Assembly (NCBI GenBank): GCA_038125665.1
Contig: JAYPEI010000002.1
Span: forward strand, 179,311 to 243,310
Reading direction: 5' to 3'
DNA length: 64,000 nt
DNA from: Enterobacteriaceae bacterium
Lineage (GTDB): Bacteria; Pseudomonadota; Gammaproteobacteria; Pseudomonadales; Pseudohongiellaceae
Below are positions 56,581-64,000 of this stretch, piece by piece (within the stretch, counting starts at the first letter, position 1; each line of letters begins with the position of its first letter). Position numbers and translations under genes: made by a program. The notes under the pieces are model-generated. The model saw only the letters and a list, made by a program, of their open reading frames with translations. It was not told the origin of the DNA and made no database searches.

Positions 56581-58728
56581 ATGTCGAAAATAACTTGGAT
56601 AGGTTTTATTACCATGCTATTGCTCGCCGGATGTAATCAGGCTCCAGATGAACTGCCACAAAACAGCGAGGAAGCGCTAGGAATGTTAACGGAAAACCCT
56701 TTCTACAGTCGAAGCACTCTTGATTTCCAGTATCCACACTTCGATAAGATAAAGTCCGAGCACTATTTGCCCGCTTTTCAGCGAGGTATGGCAGAGCAAC
56801 TGGTGGAGATAGAGGAAATTACTTCACAAAGCGCTGAGCCTAGTTTTGCTAATACTATTATCCCTTTAGAACTCAGTGGAGAATTACTGAGTAGAGTAGC
56901 GAGTGTCTTTTTTGCTCTGAGTTCAGCGCATACTAACGAGGATATCCAAGCAATTGAGGTTGAAGTATCCCCTAAGCTTTCAGCTCACCGAGACAGTATT
57001 AACTTAAATAGAGCGCTTTTTGAGAGAGTTAAAACTGTTTATAACAGCCGTGAGAAGGCGGGACTTGATATTGAATCCTTAAGGCTGCTTGAAAATTACT
57101 ACCGTGATTTTGTGTTATCCGGCGCTCAACTGGATGATTCGCAACAAGACCGCCTGCGTGCAATAAACGCTGAACTGGCAAAACTGGAAACTCAGTTTGA
57201 TCAGAATGTTTTAGCGGAAGTCAATGCATCAGCCATTATCGTAGAAAACCTAGAAGAGCTCAGCGGATTATCAGATGCGGAAGTTCAGACTGCAGCCGAT
57301 AGAGCTGAAGAAAGAGGAATCTCTGGCAAGTATGTTATTCCATTGCTAAATACTTCTGGGCAGCCAATTTTACCTAGTCTCGAAAATAGAAGCTTACGTC
57401 AAAGAATTACAGAAGCTTCATTGTCTCGCGGTTCGCGGGGCAATGAGTTTGATAACACTTTAATTCTCGCGCAAGTTGCCAGATTACGAGCAGAGCGTGC
57501 GCAGTTATTAGGTTATCCCAACCATGCATCACTCCGTCTAGTGACACAAACTGCGCAAACTGTAGAAGCTGTTGAAACACGGCTAGCCTCACTAATTCCA
57601 CCGGCAATAGCTAACGCTGAGCGTGAAGCAGCTGAGTTACAGGCCATGTTACAACAAGAAGGCGCTGATTTTACGCTGGCTTCTTGGGACTGGGCGTTTT
57701 ATACCGAAAAAGTGCGTCAAGAAAAATTTGCGTTTGACGAAGCCCAGCTACGTCCTTACTTCGAAATTAACAATGTATTACAGAAAGGAGTTTTCTTTGC
57801 GGCCAATCAGATTTACGGATTGAGTTTTGACGAGCGCTTTGATCTGCCTGTCTACCAAGAAGATGTAAGAGTATTCGATGTCAAAGAAGAAGATGGTAGT
57901 CAACTTGCTATTTTTATTTTTGATCCTTACGCAAGACCAAGTAAGCGCGGTGGTGCTTGGATGAACTCTTATGTTGATCAGTCAGAATTAACTGGGAACA
58001 AAGCAATAGTAGCAAACCATCTTAATATTCCTGAACCACCAGAAGGACAGCCAACGCTACTTACTTTTGATGAAGTGACAACCATGTTTCATGAATTTGG
58101 TCATGCCTTACATGGAATGTTTTCTAATGTAACGTATCCTAGTTTTTCAGGAACCTCTGTGCCACGTGACTTTGTGGAATTTCCCTCCCAAGTTAATGAG
58201 ATGTGGGCAAGTTGGCCTGAAGTTTTAAAGAACTATGCGGTTCATTTTGAAACTAATGAGCCGATGCCAAGTGAATTGTTAGACAAAGTCTTAGCTACGC
58301 AAAAGTTTAATCAGGGCTTTGCTACCAGCGAATATCTTATGGCAGCGCTAATTGATATGAAACTTCATGTCTTAGCACCTGAAGATGTGCCTACCGGTGA
58401 AGAGCTAATGCAGTACGAGGAAAGAGTGCTGAATGAAGCAGGTGCTAATCTTGCAGCACTCCCCCCTCGTTATCGTTATCCTTATTTTTCGCATATTATT
58501 GGTGGTTACTCAGCTGGCTACTATGCCTATATCTGGAGTGAAGTACTGGATGCAGATACTGTAAATTGGTTTAAAGAAAATGGTGGTATGCTGAGAGATA
58601 ATGGTCAGCATTTCCGCGAAAGCCTTTTATCACGTGGAGGATCTGTTGATGCAATGCAATTATTCCGTGATTTCCGAGGTAGGGATGCCAGTGTAGAACC
58701 ACTACTTGAAAGACGTGGGTTAAACTAG
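56581..58728 (+). CDS. dcp: M3-family peptidyl-dipeptidase Dcp, lipoprotein
   Basis: Lipobox LLLAG-C and zinc motif HEFGHALH. Size is ~715 aa. GGSVDAMQLFRDFRGRD is typical of the Dcp/oligopeptidase A C-terminus. Confidence 0.85.
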   Translation: MSKITWIGFITMLLLAGCNQAPDELPQNSEEALGMLTENPFYSRSTLDFQYPHFDKIKSEHYLPAFQRGMAEQLVEIEEITSQSAEPSFANTIIPLELSGELLSRVASVFFALSSAHTNEDIQAIEVEVSPKLSAHRDSINLNRALFERVKTVYNSREKAGLDIESLRLLENYYRDFVLSGAQLDDSQQDRLRAINAELAKLETQFDQNVLAEVNASAIIVENLEELSGLSDAEVQTAADRAEERGISGKYVIPLLNTSGQPILPSLENRSLRQRITEASLSRGSRGNEFDNTLILAQVARLRAERAQLLGYPNHASLRLVTQTAQTVEAVETRLASLIPPAIANAEREAAELQAMLQQEGADFTLASWDWAFYTEKVRQEKFAFDEAQLRPYFEINNVLQKGVFFAANQIYGLSFDERFDLPVYQEDVRVFDVKEEDGSQLAIFIFDPYARPSKRGGAWMNSYVDQSELTGNKAIVANHLNIPEPPEGQPTLLTFDEVTTMFHEFGHALHGMFSNVTYPSFSGTSVPRDFVEFPSQVNEMWASWPEVLKNYAVHFETNEPMPSELLDKVLATQKFNQGFATSEYLMAALIDMKLHVLAPEDVPTGEELMQYEERVLNEAGANLAALPPRYRYPYFSHIIGGYSAGYYAYIWSEVLDADTVNWFKENGGMLRDNGQHFRESLLSRGGSVDAMQLFRDFRGRDASVEPLLERRGLN

Positions 58729-58851
58729 CAGTTTATTTGGTCAATTTAAGGATAATGAGCGTTAATGCTTACATCTCCTAGCTACTTTAACTCAATAAAG
58801 CAGATAGGGTTTTTAAGCAGAGCAGTTTGCAATGCTGTAAAATCTAGTTAA

Positions 58852-59649
58852 TTAATGAGAATACAGTGAAGCACCACCATCAACTTTTAGTACCTGACCA
58901 GTAATGTAATTTCCTTGGAAAAGTAGGAAGCGAGCAGCTTCTACTATATCTTCAACACCGCCTGCGCGTTTTAATGCAGTGAGTTGCCTCTCGTGCTCAC
59001 GCACCTCCAGCGGTAGGTCATGGTACTGTGGTGTATCAGGCCATAAAATAATTCCTGGTGAGATACCAACTACTCTTACTGAAGGAGCTAGCTCTTTGGC
59101 AAGAGACCGTGTCATGTTCAAAAGGGCAGCTTTTGCCATGGTATAGGGAGAAAAACCGGATAGACCAGACATAGCAGTACTATCTACCATGTTCAGGATA
59201 CACCCTTTGTTACTTGTCAGTGATTGCTCGAGTGCTTGGCATAGCATGAAGGGTGCTTTGGCGTTAGTGCTTTGAAGGAGCTGCCAGTCTCTTTCTGTGA
59301 CTTCAGATAACTGCTTGGGATAAAAAGCCGACGCGTTGTTAATCAAGATATCTATGGAGCCCCACTGTTGCAACGCAGCTTTTGCTAGATCTAAAACTTC
59401 TTGATCTTTTCCTAAATCAGCTGTTACCACAACGGCTGAATCGTGACGGTTTTGGTTTACTTGTGCCGCTAGCTGATCTGCTTGAGCTTTTGAGCTATGA
59501 CAATGCAAAATCAGATTGTATCCCTCTTCATGCAACATTAGTGCAAGAGCAGCACCAATACGACGAGCAGAACCAGTTACCAGGGCAACTTTTGTTTTTT
59601 TTTCGACGACAATGGGGCGGTTGGCGTCGGGTATCTGACTTATTGACAT
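58852..59649 (-). CDS. pteridine reductase-like short-chain dehydrogenase (SDR)
   Basis: VALVTGSARRIGAALALMLHEEGYNLILHCHSS (a PTR1-like TGxxxRIG and HYH/HCH motif), NNAS, and catalytic YxxxK (YTMAK). Confidence 0.75.
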   Translation of the reverse strand: MSISQIPDANRPIVVEKKTKVALVTGSARRIGAALALMLHEEGYNLILHCHSSKAQADQLAAQVNQNRHDSAVVVTADLGKDQEVLDLAKAALQQWGSIDILINNASAFYPKQLSEVTERDWQLLQSTNAKAPFMLCQALEQSLTSNKGCILNMVDSTAMSGLSGFSPYTMAKAALLNMTRSLAKELAPSVRVVGISPGIILWPDTPQYHDLPLEVREHERQLTALKRAGGVEDIVEAARFLLFQGNYITGQVLKVDGGASLYSH

Positions 59650-59711
59650 AGATCAAAATCTCTAAACAATTTTAGGGACTCCTACAACTAATATATTTAG
59701 TAATGAAGATC

Positions 59712-60839
59712 TTAGTTGGTATGGCGACTCATCGCATTAATCGTACTTTCTATGGCCTGCAGACGAGTTGAGCGAAGTCGGTTCTTGATTACTGCGGCTG
59801 TTGGCTTATCAGCCAATAAGGCGCGTTGATCAATGTTCTTCAGACACTTCAAAGCATTCTCTAAATAATTACGGCACTCATCCGCATCTGGTTTAGCGAG
59901 TTTTGATTCCGCAGTAAGTAGCGTGCACGTCTCTAAGAATTCAGTAAAGCGTTGAGGTCTACGTAGAGCGTCAGTCTGTTCTAAGAAGTCGAGCAATTGA
60001 TGCGCAGATCGATAATTTAACGATGAGAAAAGTGGAAAATAAGTATGCGCAAGCGATGCCAGTTCCTTAAGTTGAGAAGGAACTCGCCAAGTTTCACAGA
60101 ATTTAGGGAGTTCTGTAGCATTGAGTTGGGCAGCGATAACTGCAAAACGGACATTCAGATCAGCATCTTGCGAACAGGCTTGTTTTAAAGCGTTAAAGGA
60201 TAGTTCATCCAACTCGGGAAAAAGTTGTGTGAGGGCACAACTCTCTCGAAGAACTGTGAAAAATTCTTCCGGGTTAGTAGAACATAAGCTGCGTTCGAAT
60301 TCTTGCCAAACTCTCTCTGGTACCAGAGAAGAAAGTTCTCCAGCCTTAACCATTTGCTTTAGTAAAGCCATCGTCTCTGCTGCTACACTAAAATTCAAAT
60401 TGCTAAAACGGGCAGCAAAGCGAGCAATACGCAAAACTCTCAGCGGGTCTTCTGTAAAAGCTTGAGAGACATGTCTTAACTTTCTCTGTTCAAGATCGCG
60501 TTGTCCACCATAGGGATCAATCAGTGTTCCATCTTCAGCCATGGCTATGGCATTAATTGTGAGATCTCGACGCTTAAGATCTTCCTCAAGCGTCACTTCA
60601 GTGTCAGCATGCACTACGAAACCAGTATAACCTTTACCATTTTTTCGTTCAGTACGTGCTAAGGCATATTCTTCTTTGGTTTGGGGGTGCAAGAACACAG
60701 GGAAGTCTTTTCCTACTTGGACATACCCTGAAGCCAGCATTTCATCAACACTAGCACCAACAACTACCCAGTCACGATCCTTAACCGGTAGGCCAAGTAG
60801 TTTATCTCTAACCGCGCCACCAACTTGATATATTTTCAT
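59712..60839 (-). CDS. cca: CCA tRNA nucleotidyltransferase (short form, HD phosphohydrolase motifs absent)
   Basis: MKIYQVGGAVRDKLLGLPVKDRDWVVVG is near-identical to the E. coli Cca N-terminus. It is 375 aa versus ~412 aa in E. coli. RFAVIAAQL sits where E. coli has RFATLCHDLGK. Confidence 0.9.
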   Translation of the reverse strand: MKIYQVGGAVRDKLLGLPVKDRDWVVVGASVDEMLASGYVQVGKDFPVFLHPQTKEEYALARTERKNGKGYTGFVVHADTEVTLEEDLKRRDLTINAIAMAEDGTLIDPYGGQRDLEQRKLRHVSQAFTEDPLRVLRIARFAARFSNLNFSVAAETMALLKQMVKAGELSSLVPERVWQEFERSLCSTNPEEFFTVLRESCALTQLFPELDELSFNALKQACSQDADLNVRFAVIAAQLNATELPKFCETWRVPSQLKELASLAHTYFPLFSSLNYRSAHQLLDFLEQTDALRRPQRFTEFLETCTLLTAESKLAKPDADECRNYLENALKCLKNIDQRALLADKPTAAVIKNRLRSTRLQAIESTINAMSRHTN

Positions 60840-60868
60840 GACCTACCAGTATTAACAAAGGGAAGATA

Positions 60869-60893
60869 GTTGAGCTTGTTGTTCAAGCTTAAC
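60869..60893 (-). terminator. hairpin between apaH and cca (possible terminator or attenuator)
   Basis: On the minus strand: GTTAAGCTTG-aacaa-CAAGCTCAAC, a 10-bp stem with one mismatch, followed by a weakly T-rich tail. Confidence 0.35.
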
Positions 60894-60938
60894 TCTCGTC
60901 ATTGAATCCTTAAAGTATCAATGAGGTAACATTTTTTA

Positions 60939-61781
60939 TTAGGATGCAGATATGTGATATTTTTTGCCTGATTGCAAACACAAAGCTGTGAGTTTACGTC
61001 CCCATACACAGCCTGTGTCTAGCCCAACAATATCTTTTCTCCCTGTTTTTCCGTTCAACATAGCCCAATGACCAAAGAGTATTACACTGCTCTCCCTTTT
61101 ACGTTGTAGTTGGAACCAGGGTAGCCATCCTTTGGAGACCTCTTTAATGGTCCCCTTGAATTTGAAATCCAGCTCTGACTTTTGTGAGATAAAACGAATA
61201 CGCGTAAAAATATTGGTTAATACTCTTAATCTATCGTAACCTTGAAGTTCTTGGGAGAAACTGTTTGGTGTGTTTCCATACATATTACGCAAATAATTTC
61301 TGTATTGGTGACTTTGTAGGGCCTCCTTGAGCTCTTCAGCTAGTGTCATAGCCCGAGTAAATCCCCAGCCTGGCACAATACCTGCATGAACCATCAAGAA
61401 ATCTTTACGCCCATTCTCAGTGGTTAGCTTTTGCCGATGTGCATAGGGCAGGGCACGGACAAACTGGAAAAGCTTATCTAGATCTGGTGCATTTAGAAGG
61501 GTATACAGACTTTTATTTTTCTGATTTTTTTTCCTCGATAGCTCTGGGGCGACTTTTGAAGCTAATGCCAGAAAATGGAGATCGTGATTTCCTAGCACCC
61601 CAATGAAGTCATCGCCCAGAGATAGCAGGAGTCTGAGAGTTGAGAGTGAATCTGCTCCCCGGTTGACCATATCGCCAACTGACCAAAGTTGATCAAGACC
61701 CGGTGTAAATTTGATATGATCTAGCAGACGGCAAAGTTCCTCATAACAGCCCTGGATGTCGCCTACCACATAAGTTGCCAT
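60939..61781 (-). CDS. apaH: bis(5'-nucleosyl)-tetraphosphatase (symmetrical) ApaH
   Basis: MATYVVGDIQGCYEELCRLL, GDMVNRG and GNHD are metallophosphoesterase motifs in the ApaH arrangement. Confidence 0.93.
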   Translation of the reverse strand: MATYVVGDIQGCYEELCRLLDHIKFTPGLDQLWSVGDMVNRGADSLSTLRLLLSLGDDFIGVLGNHDLHFLALASKVAPELSRKKNQKNKSLYTLLNAPDLDKLFQFVRALPYAHRQKLTTENGRKDFLMVHAGIVPGWGFTRAMTLAEELKEALQSHQYRNYLRNMYGNTPNSFSQELQGYDRLRVLTNIFTRIRFISQKSELDFKFKGTIKEVSKGWLPWFQLQRKRESSVILFGHWAMLNGKTGRKDIVGLDTGCVWGRKLTALCLQSGKKYHISAS

Positions 61782-61800
61782 AATTTAACCTGGGTTTGGA

Positions 61801-62184
61801 CTAGTTGAGAACATGTGGGGAGGCAAGAATGAATAATGGGATGGGCACTTCGAATTCGTCTCCCTGACTAGTCTGCATGGTGTAACTGCCATGCATATCA
61901 CCTGCTGGTGTTTGTAGGCGAGCACCGCTAGAGTATTCATAACTGGTGCCGGGTAAGATATAAGGCTGCTGACCAATTACCCCATCACCTTTTACTTCTT
62001 CTACAGAATTATTTGTATCGGTGATTACCCAATGACGGCGCAGTAGTTGTATGGTCTCAGTACTATTATTGCTTATGGAAATGGTATAAGCGAAAGCCCA
62101 TACATTTTCCTCAGGTCTAGAATGCTGTTGTAAAAAATGTGTTGCAACTTGAACCTTAACAGACGCACTAAGAACTTCATTCAT
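61801..62184 (-). CDS. apaG: ApaG (DUF525) protein
   Basis: 127 aa. FAYTISISNNSTETIQLLRRHWVITD...GDGVIGQQPYILPGTSYEYSSG is typical ApaG. Confidence 0.92.
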   Translation of the reverse strand: MNEVLSASVKVQVATHFLQQHSRPEENVWAFAYTISISNNSTETIQLLRRHWVITDTNNSVEEVKGDGVIGQQPYILPGTSYEYSSGARLQTPAGDMHGSYTMQTSQGDEFEVPIPLFILASPHVLN

Positions 62185-62263
62185 CTGCTATTTACTCCTT
62201 TTGGTGTTTATTGCTAACACTCTTTGGTGCTAGTCTTGTGGTTAAATATTCCTAAGCTAATTA

Positions 62264-63112
62264 TTAAGATGACAGATAGTTAGCAATTTTAACATAGTCG
62301 GCTACTCCTAGTTTTTCTGCACGCAGCGAGGGGTCGATATCTAAATGCGAGAAGTCTGCTGGTGTGAGCAGCTCGCGTAAAGTATTACGCAGTGTTTTAC
62401 GGCGCTGTGAAAAGGCAGTTTTTACCAAAGTATCTAATAATTTCGCATCTACTGCAGGATGCGGCAGTACTTTATGTGGTATGAGTTTGACGATAGCAGA
62501 ATCAACCTTGGGAGGAGGATTAAAAGCACTAGGCGGCACCCTAAACAATTTCTCTACTTTGCAGTGATACTGCAACATTACACTGAGTCTTCCGTAATCA
62601 CCACTGCCAGGAACAGCAGCCATGCGTTCTACTACCTCAAGTTGTAGCATGAATATCATGGAGGCAAGTAAATCCCTAAATTGGAGAAGGTGGAATAGCA
62701 AAGGGGTGGATATGTTATAAGGAAGGTTACCAAAGACGCGTAATTTTTTACTACTTTTTACATTTACATCTTTTTTAAGCAGATTAGCAAAATCAATTAG
62801 CATGACGTCTTGCTCAATCAGGACAAAATTAGCTAGTCCCCCAAAGCGTTGACGAAGATCCGCAGCCAAATCTCGGTCAATCTCAATGGCAGTTAAGTGT
62901 AACCCTGCCAACAATAACGGTTCCGTGAGCGCTCCTTGCCCCGGGCCAATTTCTATAAGCAATTCTTCATCGGTTTGCTGGATTTGCTCTTTGCCTAAGG
63001 CTCGAACTATCCTCTCGATAATCTGGGGATCATGAAGGAAGTTTTGACCGAATCTTTTGCGAGCTTTATGCGCTGCAGGTTGAGAAGATGAGAATAGAGT
63101 GGACCGACTCAT
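62264..63112 (-). CDS. rsmA: 16S rRNA (adenine1518/1519-N6)-dimethyltransferase RsmA/KsgA
   Basis: [29 protein letters not shown] and [11 protein letters not shown]. Confidence 0.96.
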   Translation of the reverse strand: MSRSTLFSSSQPAAHKARKRFGQNFLHDPQIIERIVRALGKEQIQQTDEELLIEIGPGQGALTEPLLLAGLHLTAIEIDRDLAADLRQRFGGLANFVLIEQDVMLIDFANLLKKDVNVKSSKKLRVFGNLPYNISTPLLFHLLQFRDLLASMIFMLQLEVVERMAAVPGSGDYGRLSVMLQYHCKVEKLFRVPPSAFNPPPKVDSAIVKLIPHKVLPHPAVDAKLLDTLVKTAFSQRRKTLRNTLRELLTPADFSHLDIDPSLRAEKLGVADYVKIANYLSS

Positions 63113-64000
63113 ACTGAAATACCAGCAAGCTCAGTAGCTAACTCCAAAGCTGTTTTGAAAGAACCTAGATCTATTCTTCCCGTACCTGCCAAAGAAAGAG
63201 CAGTACCATGGTCCACTGAAGTACGAATGATAGGCAGACCCAAAGTGATATTCACTGCTCGACCAAAACCTAGGTGTTTGAGAACAGGTAATCCCTGATC
63301 ATGATACATGGCCAGCACCGCATCTGCACCGCAGAGCCTATCTTGGGTGAATAAGGTGTCTGCAGGCAGTGGACCCACTAGATTCATACCCTCCGCTCTG
63401 AGGGTCTTTAATACAGGGGTTATTACCAAGTGCTCTTCGTCCCCGAGGTGACCATTTTCACCTGCGTGTGGGTTAAGGCCAGCTACTAGAATTAGGGGGT
63501 TAGGTAAGTTAAAACGACTGACGAGATCTCCATGGAGAATCCTGATCGTTTGCATCAAAGATTCCTGCGTTAAGTTCGCTGAAACATCTCTGAGAGGCAA
63601 ATGGGTAGTGGTTAAGGCGACTCTTAAGTGTGAGTTATCACTAAGCTGAGCCATCAGCAACATCACAACTTTTTTACAGCCGCAGCGTTCTGCTAACCAC
63701 TCTGTATGGCCGCTGAAGGCAATGCCTGCCTCATTAATTAAGCTTTTTTGCAAGGGGCCTGTCACTAAAGCACTAAATTCCCCGACTTCACAACCACTTA
63801 CGGCACGCTCAAGAGCTGTGAGTAAGACTCTGGCATTCGCTGTATCTGGCAAGCCAGCCTTAACAGGTTTGGTTAGTGATTGAGGTAAAATAAGCAACTC
63901 ACCTCTCTGATTGGGTGCAAGAAGCTTCTGTGCGCCAGAGAGAGAAGCATCAAAGGGAGAGTATTCACATAATTTCAGGGGTAAACCTAGTTGTTCAGCA
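63109..64000 (-). CDS. pdxA: 4-hydroxythreonine-4-phosphate dehydrogenase PdxA, 5' end beyond window
   Basis: My hand translation shows the frame stays open from 63897 to the window edge: ...[16 protein letters not shown]... aligns with E. coli LGLPLTLRPYSP. Motifs seen: [16 protein letters not shown] and [10 protein letters not shown] 4-nt overlap links it to rsmA. Confidence 0.95.
   Translation of the reverse strand, partial: AEQLGLPLKLCEYSPFDASLSGAQKLLAPNQRGELLILPQSLTKPVKAGLPDTANARVLLTALERAVSGCEVGEFSALVTGPLQKSLINEAGIAFSGHTEWLAERCGCKKVVMLLMAQLSDNSHLRVALTTTHLPLRDVSANLTQESLMQTIRILHGDLVSRFNLPNPLILVAGLNPHAGENGHLGDEEHLVITPVLKTLRAEGMNLVGPLPADTLFTQDRLCGADAVLAMYHDQGLPVLKHLGFGRAVNITLGLPIIRTSVDHGTALSLAGTGRIDLGSFKTALELATELAGISV

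Noticed and set aside
59595-59603. A9 (T9 on the plus strand) tract near the 5' end of the pteridine reductase gene
   Set aside because: It encodes Lys-Lys in an ordinary N-terminal segment. There is no reason to expect phase variation of a housekeeping-type SDR.

Overview
This 64-kb window looks like a marine-type gammaproteobacterium with moderate-to-low GC, and it splits into two parts. Bases ~42.4-64 kb are a conserved housekeeping backbone. Its order (tRNA-Ile2, rpoD-dnaG-yqeY-rpsU, then tsaD-folB-folK, cca, apaH-apaG-rsmA-pdxA) matches what I recall for Pseudomonas. Two small accessory insertions interrupt it: aromatic ammonia-lyase + mltD + quinone oxidoreductase, and VOC protein + tannase-family esterase + Dcp peptidase + pteridine reductase. 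Bases 1-42.3 kb are accessory and almost entirely envelope- or periplasm-directed. They hold katG (5' truncated by the window edge), a 2OG-oxygenase/2Fe-2S/Moco dehydrogenase operon, an orphan modA with a divergent beta-barrel gene, and an SSF symporter. They also hold a PepSY-TM protein, a PQQ sugar dehydrogenase, a second Moco dehydrogenase with cytochrome c, and a tandem pair of G8-domain (CEMIP/TMEM2-like) secreted proteins. The best candidate for an undescribed system is a ~20-kb locus at 10.1-30.0 kb. It contains two inverted paralogous modules, each encoding a heme-c PSCyt/PSD multidomain protein (DUF1592 type), a Tat-exported DUF1552 protein and a secreted ankyrin-repeat protein. Each module also has an MBL-hydrolase paralog nearby. 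The modules bracket two divergent TonB-dependent receptors, a DUF6152-fusion protein and a secreted alpha/beta hydrolase. All 12 products carry export signals, and none of the core families has a known function to my knowledge. I saw no rRNA, CRISPR, IS/transposase, integrase, prophage or recognisable defence genes, and no transcription factor other than rpoD. All family assignments come from motif recognition by eye and need HMM or BLAST confirmation.
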